In this document: in pieces, positions 11,521-23,544 of the stretch
How the letters are laid out: each line of letters opens with the position of its first letter
Position numbering within the stretch: the stretch's first letter is position 1
Source: Eledone cirrhosa
Lineage: Eukaryota
Assembly (NCBI GenBank): GCA_964016885.1
Contig: OZ024755.1
Coordinates: 33,108,001 to 33,172,000, forward strand
Reading direction: 5' to 3'
DNA length: 64,000 nucleotides
The notes under the pieces: generated by a model
What the model was told of the DNA's origin: nothing
The model's database searches: none
What the model saw: only the letters and a program-made list of their open reading frames with translations
Made by a program: the position numbers and the translations under genes

Positions 11521-11749
11521 TTAAAGGGTTAAAGTAGATCGGTGACTGCATAGTGGGTCTATGTTGGAGGAGATGAACTAACAAGTGTTGTGATTAGTTA
11601 AAGGAAGAAGTGGGGAAGGAAGAAAAGGAAGAAGTGGGGAAGGAAGAAAAGGAAAAAGAAAATGAACAGAGTTGATGTTTTTTTGATAGCCCGAGAGTGG
11701 AAATTTAGGGGAGTCATTGTTTAGTTTGAAGTGTCACAGGTCAATAATT

Positions 11750-11970
11750 GAAGAGAGAGAGAGAGAGAGAGAGAGGTGGAGAGAGAGAGAGGAGGAGAGA
11801 GAGGTGGAGAGAGAGAGGCGGAGAGAGAGAGAGGGGAGAGAGATGGGGGAGAGAGATGGGGGAGAGGAAGAGAGAGATGGGGGAGAAGGAGAGAGCTGGG
11901 GGGAGAGGGAGAGAGAGTGAGAGGAGAGGGGAGGAGGGAGAGAGGACAGAGAGAGGATAGAGAGAGTAAG
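11750..11970. repeat. (GA)n-rich purine tract
   Basis: Direct reading. Confidence 0.95.
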
Positions 11971-12199
11971 AGAATCGTAATTCAGAGGAAGTACTGCTCA
12001 AAATATTTAGTAAAATGGCAGATGAACTCCTCAGAACTAGTGGCCATCCACCCCAACTAAGGGTTAAATAACCTCACCACCCACAATTGGCCAAGTATAG
12101 CTACACCCCTGACATGACCAAAACCAAACAGAAGGCAGTGGAGGTTAACCAAGGAAGGGTTCCTTTAACAGGAATAAGAAGGCCATGGATTGGATACAC

Positions 12200-12450
12200 G
12201 GACACACAGCCACACACACACACACACACACAGCCACATGCACATGCACACACAGCCACACACACGCACAGCCATACACACACACACACACACATAGCCA
12301 CATGCACATACAGTCACATGCATGCACAGAGCCATACACACACAGCCACATGCACACAGCCACATGCACACACAGCCACAGGCACACAGCCATACACACA
12401 CACACACAACCCCACCCCCCACCCCACCCCACCCACCCACCCCATACACA
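12200..12450. repeat. (CA)n/cacagc compound microsatellite
   Basis: Direct reading. Confidence 0.9.
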
Positions 12451-13661
12451 GCAGTGATTATATTACGGAAAATTATTATATCTAAGAAGACATGATTGAA
12501 CAATAAAGTAATGTTCGGAATATTTAATGTGTCAAGTTTATAAACTAGCTTATTGGCCATACACAAATTATCATATTTGAAGAATATTGCCTAGTCATGA
12601 TTTAGCCATGGTTTATAAGTGCAATAAGTTTCTTGCATGTAGGTCATATGAGTGCATAAAGATGATTACTTGTAGAAATTTACTGAGTAAGCTTAATAAT
12701 CTGTTGCTAAGACTAACTTGTTAGTTATGACGAATAATTTTCAGCTATGTTGCTAAATCTCTCGAGAAAGATTTGAATGTCACACAAACTGATTCCATTG
12801 TAGATCAAAGAAATCACACTTATACAAGAAATAATTATTTCGTTAGCAGAAAAAAATACTAGAAGATCCACAAACTGAGTTAATGTAACAAACAGAGACA
12901 ACTTCTTTCATACATTTGAAGGTTTTCCCCAATATATTTTTAGTTCTGTCGTAGTACCACCGGGGAAAATGTATATATCATACAAAGAAATTCAATTTAC
13001 CAAAATAATTCAGCTTCTGAATTAGATTATATTCAAGTGTTTAATAAATATTTCAGAAAGTAATGAGTTTTTAGATTATTGTGTAAAACACATAAGTTCT
13101 AATATAGCTTGTTGTTTTAAAGTTTAGCTAAGGAAATACATTAGATAGTACTTAATTGTTAGTGAGTTCTATCTACAGTAGCATCTATCGTATTAACAAT
13201 AAGATGTCTTGCTTTTATAGATGAACATAAAGTCAAACTTTTTGATTCATCAAACATTGATTGTGGCTTCTACTAAAAAGCTGAAAGCTTTTGTACTGGT
13301 GTAAGATTTAATCTGCAAAATTGTGTGGATCTATAAGAAAGATTAACTCAATCAGAACAAACAAAGAAACACACAAAAAAAGCCCACCAAATACAATGCT
13401 AAAACGAAAGTATTAAAGATGGCAGTGAAAACTAGAAAGCAGTCATCTCAGTGAAGTTATTCAGCAACTAATAAAAAGAAAACAGATGAAAATATTATTC
13501 TCAGCATGAGCTACTGTAAATCAGATAGCAGAAAACATTGATATTTGCACAGTACATCTGGCTACAATATTAAATGGTTGCCAAATCCAATGACCAATGA
13601 GACATCAAAAATATCTTCTTCAGATTAATAATGAAATCAAAAGACAAAAAACAAACAAAAC

Positions 13662-13664
<3 letters not shown>

Positions 13665-13702
<38 letters not shown>

Positions 13703-13791
13703 TATATATATATATAAGTATATATATATACCACAAAAATGTATATTATAAATATATATATACACACATATATATATATATATACACACAC

Positions 13792-13844
<53 letters not shown>

Positions 13845-13913
13845 CAGACACATATATATATACACACACATATATACATACACACGCATATATATATACA
13901 CACACACATATAT

Positions 13914-13946
<33 letters not shown>

Positions 13947-14076
13947 CAGACACATATATATACACACACACACATATATACATACACACGCATATATATA
14001 TACACACACACATATACACACACACACATATATATATATAATATGTATATATACATAGATATAGGGCATAAAATGA

Positions 14077-14154
<78 letters not shown>

Positions 14155-14290
14155 GATATAGAGCATAAAATGATGTGTGTGTGTGTATATATATATATAT
14201 ATAGGTATATATACACACACACACATACACACATCTATATATATATATACACACACACACATATACGCACAACTATATATATATGTCATA
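13665..14290. repeat. (TA)n/(CA)n compound microsatellite
   Basis: Direct reading; source of the YI/HT-rich spurious ORFs. Confidence 0.95.
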
Positions 14291-14525
14291 TATGTACAAT
14301 TTTTAGGAAAGAAAAAATAGATGTCACCAGCTGCTTTCACACTGTAGGTAGATACTAGGACAACATAAATAAGATTAAAAGTCAATTTTCCTAGCTGTCA
14401 AATGAAAGGTGAAAATAGCAGGGATTTCTCATATAGCTTTTTTCATAACTTCCTCCTGCTGTTTCTGTGATATATATGTATGTTTGTATGTATTTGTGTG
14501 TGAGTATATATATATATATACATAA

Positions 14526-14548
<23 letters not shown>

Positions 14549-14556
<8 letters not shown>

Positions 14557-14752
14557 TAACAGATTAAGGTTTAAGCAAAGAATCGCTGCTTTCACCCTTA
14601 ACGGGATCTTCAGAAGATCCCGTTAAGGGTGAAAGCAGCGATTCTTTGCTTAAACTTTAATCTGTTATTTTAATAAATATTTGCTCTACGGTTCTTATAT
14701 ATTTGATATATATTTATCCTTATCGAGCCCTCTTTAGATTTTAGTCTTCAAC
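14549..14752 (+). mobile_element. Fold-back element with hammerhead-like core
   Basis: Palindrome 14549-14675 (axis 14612) in (TA)n; minus strand reads CTGAAGA-tCCCgttaaGGGt-GAAA from the axis. Confidence 0.65.
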
Positions 14753-14814
14753 TATATATATATATCATCATCATCATCATCAACGTTTAACGTCCGTGTT
14801 CCACGCTTGCATAT

Positions 14815-15300
14815 ATCATCATCATCATCATCATCATCAACGTTTAACGTCCGTGTTCCACGCTTGCATGGGTTTGGACGGGGGTAGTCCCACTTGAGGC
14901 AAGAGTGATTGTCTTGCTCGCATAGGACTGTCTGGCAGGTTTTCTACAGTTGGATGCCCTTCCTAACACCAACCACATTTACAGTGTGGGTCTGGGAGGT
15001 TTTTACCGTGTTGCCTACACGGCCACATTACAGCGTGGACTGTGTGTTTTTTTGTCGTGACACCTACACGATCTCATTTGTTTCGGCCTCGATGGCGCGG
15101 CACCAACATAACTTTACATAGAACGGGGTGGTGTGGATGGGGTGGGGGCGGGGGTGGTGGGACGGGGTGTATTTTGTTAGAGATGCCTACTGGCTGGAGT
15201 AGGTTTTACTATATATTTAGGTAAGGCGGGTCTTCTCTGTTACTGAGTACCGCCAAAGGTCTCGGTCCAGTGACATTGTCTTGGAGAGGTGTAAGTGTGT
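14815..15300 (-). mobile_element. RTE LINE 3' end with long 3' UTR (family of 5820-7415)
   Basis: Colinear with 6955-7415; tail tandemly duplicated at 14765-14810. Confidence 0.85.
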
Positions 15301-15356
15301 GATTATTATATATATATAATAATAATAATGGAGCTGCGGCGTTGCAAATGGGATAC

Positions 15357-15575
15357 ATATGAAAAAGTGAGTCCTTCATCAGTGACCCTGGGACTTGTCT
15401 ATTTCTACTCACTTTCCGTTGCTTAAACCTTTTTGTTGTTACTCTAGCGTCCCCCTTTATTTACGTGTCCCAACGACTTTTTTTAGCCGTTTGTTCGCAC
15501 CAACCTGAGGCATATGGCCCTTAAAGCGATGAAATGCCGAGGACGGTTGGAGGGTCACTGATGAAGGACTCACTT

Positions 15576-15583
<8 letters not shown>
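15357..15583. mobile_element. Element with 33-bp perfect inverted ends
   Basis: atatgaaaaagtgagtccttcatcagtgaccct at 15357-15389, inverse at 15551-15583, abutting (TA)n. Confidence 0.7.
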
Positions 15584-15615
<32 letters not shown>

Positions 15616-15650
15616 TCATCATCATTTTACGGCCGCTTTTCCCTATTTAT

Positions 15651-15720
<70 letters not shown>

Positions 15721-15945
15721 ATATATATAGTAATATATATATATAGTAATATATGTATAGTAATAATAAATATATATATATATAAACATATATATATATA
15801 AATAAATATATATATATATTTAAATAAATATATATATATATACCAAGATATTAAATAAATGGAAACTATATTCATAAAACCATATTTATTTTATTATATA
15901 TATTCCAAGAACAACCAAGGGAACCTTGGTGCGCTTTCATCAGAT

Positions 15946-16091
15946 AAAATACAAAGTGTGTTTTATAAATAAAGACATATCCATGATAATCAAACCTTAT
16001 CAGTCGGAAATTCACTATCCAGTGAATTTCCGACTGATAAGGTTTGATTATCATGGATATGTCTTTATTTATAAAACACACTTTGTATTTT
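15946..16091. repeat. Palindrome, 71-bp arms, loop atcc
   Basis: Loop at 16017-16020; mirrored ORFs on both strands. Confidence 0.92.
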
Positions 16092-16267
16092 GTATATGGG
16101 ATAACAAGTTATCGTTATAGGTAATCCAGTTAGAGGCTGTGAGTACTCTGCGTCGTGGATAGTTTTAAAGTACGGCTTTGTTTGACTGAAACAAGATGCT
16201 TCCATAGTACTTTAAATAAAGCCCTTATTGTACAACCAACTATGTTACTCTTCATTATTTAACTAGA

Positions 16268-16460
16268 AGGGCGGTGAATTGGCAGTATCAGTAGAGGGTC
16301 GGACGCCATGCTTTCCAGCATAGTTACGTCCCTTTACGGACTGAGTTCAAATCCCGCCGAGGTTAACTTTGCCTTTCATCCTTACGGGGTCGATAAAATA
16401 AAGTACCAGTAATACACTGGAGTAATTGCTGGCCTTGTGCCAAATGTAGAAACAATTATT
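16268..16460 (+). mobile_element. SINE-A, full length
   Basis: ggcggtgaattggcag head, B box, core, tail. Confidence 0.9.
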
Positions 16461-16463
16461 TAA

Positions 16464-16600
16464 CTAGAAGAGGAAGACCAAGGTTAACGTATGTTGATGC
16501 CCTAAGGACAGACACTGGTCTGTTGGAGACGCAGGACATGGCAGCGATAATGAGGGACAGAGACCGCTGGAGAGAACTCGTCCATGGATCTCGGGAATTT
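16464..16600 (+). mobile_element. RTE LINE 3' end (family 2)
   Basis: RRGRPRLTYVDALRTDTG; near-identical to 56288-56422. Confidence 0.85.
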
Positions 16601-16756
16601 TAGAGAGAGAGATATATATATATAAATAAATAAATATACATAAAAATATATATATATATATGTATGTAAAAGGTAAACAGAAATAACAACACAATCGGTA
16701 CAGTATATGGAAGGAATATATTAGGTTAACGCTTGAAATAGCAGGAAGAGGATCAT

Positions 16757-16784
16757 GACGTTTCGGATGCTAGTCTTTCATCAG
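16757..16784 (-). ncRNA. Minimal hammerhead-ribozyme-like motif (Penelope type)
   Basis: CTGATGA-a-aga-ctagca-tcc-GAAAC-GTC in a (TA)n-anchored segment; stems imperfect. Confidence 0.55.
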
Positions 16785-17423
16785 AAGAAAGAATGAGAAA
16801 TAAGATAGATTGAAGGGACGAGCGGGGCGGAATTGGAAAAAATGTCTTTAGATAAAAATAACAGGTCCATTCATGTCGAAAGAGATATGAGGCCAAACAA
16901 TGCAAAATGGACTTTAAGATGAGGTAATGAAAAGTAAGCTATTTGATAATCTTTGTTTTGTTTTTTGGTTGTTGTTCGTTTTTGTGTCCAATATTTAGGG
17001 ACCTAAAAGTCCCTTCTTTGGGGTTAAGGAACTTTCAGTGGATAATGTTCCAATTTCCACTCTTTGTTTCTTTTCTCATTTCTGAGTGAGATTAGCTGCC
17101 TAGAAGCTTCAGTAATCTTGGTATTCTTCCAGTATGATCTTGATTGTCTCCATATCAGAAAAGTTTGGAGCTATCATCTGAGACATTGGTATATGAAGAT
17201 CTGGCTCCTCTTTGACTTGGTTCATGAGGAATTCAAAATTTCCTACTCCCCAGTGAAGGCTCCAAGAAAAACAGGATGAAATTTGGGGGCTGCCAAACTA
17301 TTTTGAGGCAAGAGGGGGGACAATCTTGCTGGACCAAGTATTTGATGTGTAAGGGTTTCTTGTCTCCAGTTCACTGCTCCTTGCAAAAAAGTACAGCAAA
17401 ATGCTGCTAGAAAATCACACATA

Positions 17424-18045
17424 TCTGCTTAGGGTCAGATTGTATAACCTCTCTGCTTAGGGTCAGATTGTATAACTTCTCTGCTTAGGGTCAGATTGTA
17501 TAACCTCTCTGCTTAGGGTCAGATTGTATAACCTCTCTGCTTAGGGTCAGATTGTATAACCTCTCTGCTTAGGGTCAGATTGTATAACCTCTCTGCTTAG
17601 GGTCAGATTGTATAACCTCTCTGCTTAGGGTCAGATTGTATAACCTCTCTGCTTAGGGTCAGATTGTATAACCTCTCTGCTTAGGGTCAGATTGTATAAC
17701 CTCTCTGCTTAGGGTCAGATTGTATAACCTCTCTGCTTAGGGTCAGATTGTATAACCTCTCTGCTTAGGGTCAGATTGTATAACCTCTCTGCTTAGGGTC
17801 AGATTGTATAACCTCTCTGCTTAGGGTCAGATTGTATAACCTCTCTGCTTAGGGTCAGATTGTATAACCTCTCTGCTTAGGGTCAGATTGTATAACCTCT
17901 CTGCTTAGGGTCAGATTGTATAACCTCTCTGCTTAGGGTCAGATTGTATAACCTCTCTGCTTAGGGTCAGATTGTATAACCTCTCTGCTTAGGGTCAGAT
18001 TGTATAACATATCTGCTTAGGGTCAGATTGTATAACCTCTCTGCT
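17424..18045. repeat. Minisatellite, 28-bp unit (~22 copies)
   Basis: ctctgcttagggtcagattgtataacct, nearly invariant. Confidence 0.97.
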
Positions 18046-18249
18046 GTCCAATAGCATTTAAATTGTCGCTTTGTTGTTATTGTGCTTCCACCAGCCCAGC
18101 CCACTGGAGAACTCTTGAAGTTTCATCCTTTAATGTTCATAGCCTAGCATGGAGAACACACCCTTCCTGTTTTGCATTGAAGAAATGGTTGAGAGCTATG
18201 TTCGTCATAAGTGCATCAGTTGCAATGACATCTTCTATGTGGCTCTTCT

Positions 18250-18420
18250 CATCATCATCATCAGCGTTTTACGTCTGTTCTACCACGCTAGCATGGGTTA
18301 GACAGGTTGTCCTGTTGTGGGTGATGTTAGGTCGGTTGACCTTGTTTTGCTCATATAGGAACTGATTCTTGCTTGATTTCTACAGCTGGATGCCCTTCCT
18401 AACACCAACCTCATTTACAG
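18250..18420 (-). mobile_element. SINE-B/RTE-type tail running into the 97-bp array
   Basis: (cat)n, ctggatgcccttcctaacaccaacc. Confidence 0.8.
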
Positions 18421-21400
18421 TGTGGGCTGGGTGCTTTTTTGCCGTGGCACCTCCGCGTCTACTTTACAGTGAGTGCTGAGTGCTTTTTTCCGTGGTGCCT
18501 ACATAGCCGCTATACAGTGTGGGCTGGGTGCTTTTTTACTGTGGTACCTCCACGACCACTTTACAGTGAGTGCTGAGTGCTTTTTTCCGTGGTGCCTACA
18601 CAACCACTATACAATGTGGGCTGGGTGCTTTTTTACTGTGGCACCTCCACGACCACTTTACAGTGAGTGCTGAGTGCTTTTTTCCGTGGTGCCTACATAG
18701 CCGCTATACAGTGTGGGCTGGGTGCTTTTTTACTGTGGTACCTCCACGACCACTTTACAGTGAGTGCTGAGTGCTTTTTTCCGTGGTGCCTACATAGCCG
18801 CTATCCAGTGTGGGCTGGGTGCTTTTTTACTGTGGCACCTCCACGACCACTTTACAGTGAGTGCTGAGTGCTTTTTTCCGTGGTGCCTACATAGCCGCTA
18901 TCCAGTGTGGGCTGGGTGCTTTTTTACTGTGGCACCTCCACGACCACTTTACAGTGAGTGCTGAGTGCTTTTTTCCGTGGTGCCTACATAGCCGCTATCC
19001 AGTGTGGGCTGGGTGCTTTTTTACTGTGGCACCTCCACGACCACTTTACAGTGAGTGCTGAGTGCTTTTTTCCGTGGTGCCTACATAGCCGCTATACAGT
19101 GTGGGCTGGGTGCTTTTTTACTGTGGCACCTCCACGACCACTTTACAGTGAGTGCTGAGTGCTTTTTTCCGTGGTGCCTACACAACCACTATACAATGTG
19201 GGCTGGGTGCTTTTTTACTGTGGCACCTCCACGATCACTTTACAGTGAGTGCTGAGTTCTTTTGTCCGTGGTGCCTACATAGCCGCTATCCAGTGTGGGC
19301 TGGATGCTTTTTTAGTGTGGGCTGGATGCTTTTTTACTGTGGCACCTCCACGACCACTTTACAGTGAGTGCTGAGTGCTTTTTTCCGTGGTGCCTACATA
19401 GCCGCTATACAGTGTGGGCTGGGTGCTTTTTTAGTGTGGGCTGGATGCTTTTTTACTGTGGCACCTCCACGACCACTTTACAGTGAGTGCTGAGTGCTTT
19501 TTTCCGTGGTGCCTACATAGCCGCTATACAGTGTGGGCTGGATGCTTTTTTACTGTGGCACCTCCACGACCACTTTACAGTGAGTGCTGAGTGCTTTTTT
19601 CCGTGGTGCCTACATAGCCGCTATACAGTGTGGGCTGGATGCTTTTTTACTGTGGCACCTCCACGACCACTTTACAGTGAGTGCTGAGTGCTTTTTTCCG
19701 TGGTGCCTACATAGCCGCTATCCAGTGTGGGCTGGATGCTTTTTTAGTGTGGGCTGGATGCTTTTTTACTGTGGCACCTCCACGACCACTTTACAGTGAG
19801 TGCTGAGTGCTTTTTTCCGTGGTGCCTACATAGCCGCTATACAGTGTGGGCTGGGTGCTTTTTTACTGTGGCACCTCCACGACCACTTTACAGTGAGTGC
19901 TGAGTGCTTTTTTCCGTGGTGCCTACACAACCACTATACAATGTGGGCTGGGTGCTTTTTTACTGTGGCACCTCCACGATCACTTTACAGTGAGTGCTGA
20001 GTTCTTTTGTCCGTGGTGCCTACATAGCCGCTATCCAGTGTGGGCTGGATGCTTTTTTAGTGTGGGCTGGATGCTTTTTTACTGTGGCACCTCCACGACC
20101 ACTTTACAGTGAGTGCTGAGTGCTTTTTTCCGTGGTGCCTACATAGCCGCTATACAGTGTGGGCTGGGTGCTTTTTTAGTGTGGGCTGGATGCTTTTTTA
20201 CTGTGGCACCTCCACGACCACTTTACAGTGAGTGCTGAGTGCTTTTTTCCGTGGTGCCTACATAGCCGCTATACAGTGTGGGCTGGATGCTTTTTTAGTG
20301 TGGGCTGGATGCTTTTTTACTGTGGCACCTCCACGACCACTTTACAGTGAGTGCTGAGTGCTTTTTTCCGTGGTGCCTACATAGCCGCTATCCAGTGTGG
20401 GCTGGATGCTTTTTTAGTGTGGGCTGGATGCTTTTTTACTGTGGCACCTCCACGACCACTTTACAGTGAGTGCTGAGTGCTTTTTTCCGTGGTGCCTACA
20501 TAGCCGCTATACAGTGTGGGCTGGGTGCTTTTTTAGTGTGGGCTGGATGCTTTTTTACTGTGGCACCTCCACGACCACTTTACAGTGAGTGCTGAGTGCT
20601 TTTTTCCGTGGTGCCTACATAGCCGCTATACAGTGTGGGCTGGATGCTTTTTTACTGTGGCACCTCCACGACCACTTTACAGTGAGTGCTGAGTGCTTTT
20701 TTCCGTGGTGCCTACATAGCCGCTATACAGTGTGGGCTGGATGCTTTTTTACTGTGGCACCTCCACGACCACTTTACAGTGAGTGCTGAGTGCTTTTTTC
20801 CGTGGTGCCTACATAGCCGCTATCCAGTGTGGGCTGGATGCTTTTTTAGTGTGGGCTGGATGCTTTTTTACTGTGGCACCTCCACGACCACTTTACAGTG
20901 AGTGCTGAGTGCTTTTTTCCGTGGTGCCTACATAGCCGCTATACAGTGTGGGCTGGGTGCTTTTTTACTGTGGTACCTCCACGACCACTTTACAGTGAGT
21001 GCTGAGTGCTTTTTTCCGTGGTGCCTACATAGCCGCTATCCAGTGTGGGCTGGGTGCTTTTTTACTGTGGCACCTCCACGACCACTTTACAGTGAGTGCT
21101 GAGTGCTTTTTTCCGTGGTGCCTACATAGCCGCTATCCAGTGTGGGCTGGGTGCTTTTTTACTGTGGCACCTCCACGACCACTTTACAGTGAGTGCTGAG
21201 TGCTTTTTTCCGTGGTGCCTACATAGCCGCTATCCAGTGTGGGCTGGGTGCTTTTTTACTGTGGCACCTCCACGACCACTTTACAGTGAGTGCTGAGTGC
21301 TTTTTTCCGTGGTGCCTACATAGCCGCTATACAGTGTGGGCTGGGTGCTTTTTTACTGTGGCACCTCCACGACCACTTTACAGTGAGTGCTGAGTGCTTT

Positions 21401-21680
21401 TTTCCGTGGTGCCTACACAACCACTATACAATGTGGGCTGGGTGCTTTTTTACTGTGGCACCTCCACGATCACTTTACAGTGAGTGCTGAGTTCTTTTGT
21501 CCGTGGTGCCTACATAGCCGCTATCCAGTGTGGGCTGGATGCTTTTTTACTGTGGCACCTCCATGAGCACTTTACAGTGAGTGCTGAGTGCTTTTTTCCG
21601 TGGTGCCTACACAACCACTATACAGTGTGGGCTGGGTGCTTTTTTTGCCGTGACACTTCCACGACCACTTCACAGTGGAA
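18410..21680. repeat. SINE-derived satellite, 97-bp unit (48+49 dimer) with 119-bp variants
   Basis: ORF starts recur every 97 bp; unit matches SINE-B body (49343-49400). Confidence 0.95.
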
Positions 21681-22129
21681 GGGAGTGGGGGCATATTGTC
21701 GATATGCTTCAACTTTGGCTTGTACCCATGCGAAATCAGGTCTTCTGTATTAATTCATTCTTTCTCGACTTTGTGGTTTTCTGTGGTTAACACTTTACTG
21801 AGCCTCACCGATATTGCATTAATTGTTGTTGTTAACAAAATTAACCACCTGTTGTTTATGATAACCCTCCACCCCTCATGAGTTCCTGTTTTAACATGTT
21901 GACTAATCAAGTCTCCATCTTTTGTGTGTGGTGGTGGTGGTGAGGGGAGCAATATGCATTTAGTTTCCAGGAACCACAAACAACAACAACAACAAGCAAA
22001 ACAACATCCACCTGTTGTGTATGATAACACCACCACCACCACCTTGTCAGTTCCTGTTTGACATGTTCACTAAACCAGTCACAGAATTCTTTCTGTATAA
22101 GAGGGGGATGCATTCAGTTTCCAGGAACC

Positions 22130-22350
22130 ACAAACAACAAACAACAACAGCACCAACAACAAACAGCAGCAACAACAAACAACAACAACAACAGCAGCAA
22201 CAATAACAACAGCAACAACAACAACAATAGCAACAACAACAGCAGCAACAACATCAACAGCAACAGCAACAACAACAACAACAACGACGACGACGACGAC
22301 GACGACGACGACAAAACCAACAACAGCAACAACAGCAACAACAGCAGCAA
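22130..22350. repeat. (CAA/CAG/GAC)n trinucleotide tract
   Basis: Direct reading. Confidence 0.95.
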
Positions 22351-22364
22351 CATAAATGACACAA

Positions 22365-22548
22365 GAAATAATTGTTTCTACACAAGGCCAGCAATTACCC
22401 CAGTGCATTACTGGTACTTTATTTTATCGACCCCGTAAGGATGAAAGGCAAAGTTAACCTCAGCGGGATTTGAACTCAGAATGGCAAGGGCCGTAACTCT
22501 ATGCGTCAATGCATGGCGTCCGACCCTCTACCGATACTGCCAATCCAA
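22365..22548 (-). mobile_element. SINE-A
   Basis: Core and tail motifs. Confidence 0.88.
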
Positions 22549-22854
22549 GAAATAATAAAACATAATGGTAATAAAAAAAAATTGACAAAAAATAACAAAA
22601 GTCAAATGATAAACAGATAAAAAAAACAATCAAAGCCAGATACACACAAGAATATTTTATAAAGAGGGTTTCCAGAATTTTCTTTAGTTCTAACTGGAAG
22701 CCATTCCATATCTTTCTAGTCTCTCAGTCACTGCCAACGAAACAAAACGAAGAAATTTTCCACTGAAGTAGAACAGATATTTTTCTTTGTGACTCTGGTC
22801 AAAATCATATCTATACTAACAGTCATAAATAAGTAAACATTTAGAACATACATA

Positions 22855-22918
<64 letters not shown>

Positions 22919-22920
<2 letters not shown>

Positions 22921-23472
22921 CTTCTGGCTTTATAATTTCACAAATTTTTTCCAATAGAGAGAGGGTCGGTTTCTTACATAGACACAAGACTCTCTCATTG
23001 GAATTTACACAACAGCAGCTAGGTAGATATGTCTGCATGCATGCATGTGTAGATATGGATGTTATTGTATGTGTGGATGTGGATGTTTTGAGTTGTATGT
23101 GTGCATGTGTATATGCTTTGTATCTGTACATGTGTATATGCAGTTATTAGATGCAACATTTTTGGAATGTTTTACATATTTTTACTGTTCCATTAATGGA
23201 TTGTACTTGTAATTTCCTAACTAGTTGTGTTCTTTCTGTTCCTGTGAAGCCTAGCTTCTCAAGATTTGTATTGAGGCAGTTACTAACATATCCGAGTGCC
23301 CAAATAACCACAGGCATAAATCTGAAGGTATAATCAGGGTGGAGTATCTGCAGATTTCTCATCAGTTCTGCATAAATATTCTCCTTTTCGCTAATCTTTA
23401 ATATTATATTGGCATCTCCTGGGCAGCTAACTTCCACTACTGTGCATGCTTTCTTTTCCCTGTCCCATATCA
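22919..23472 (-). mobile_element. Dong/R4-clade retrotransposon 3' end
   Basis: IWDREKKACTVVEVSCP..KENIYAEL..PVVIWALG restriction-like endonuclease C-terminus plus 3' UTR; copies at 60.5-62.6 kb. Confidence 0.8.
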
Positions 23473-23544
23473 TATGTATGTATGTGTATATGTATGTTAT
23501 GTATGTGTGTGTATGTATGCATGTAAGTATGTATGTATGTATGT

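Noticed and set aside
13570-14385. Long YI/CV/HT-rich ORFs (also 28.1, 35.6, 37.6-39.9, 59.8 kb)
   Set aside because: Translations of dinucleotide microsatellites
18473-21790. Array of 66-aa ORFs resembling a peptide gene cluster
   Set aside because: Overlapping GTG-started frames produced by the 97-bp satellite
22058-22438. Poly-N/Q/D ORFs (also the poly-D ORF at 46330-46707)
   Set aside because: Trinucleotide tracts running into or out of retroelement sequence
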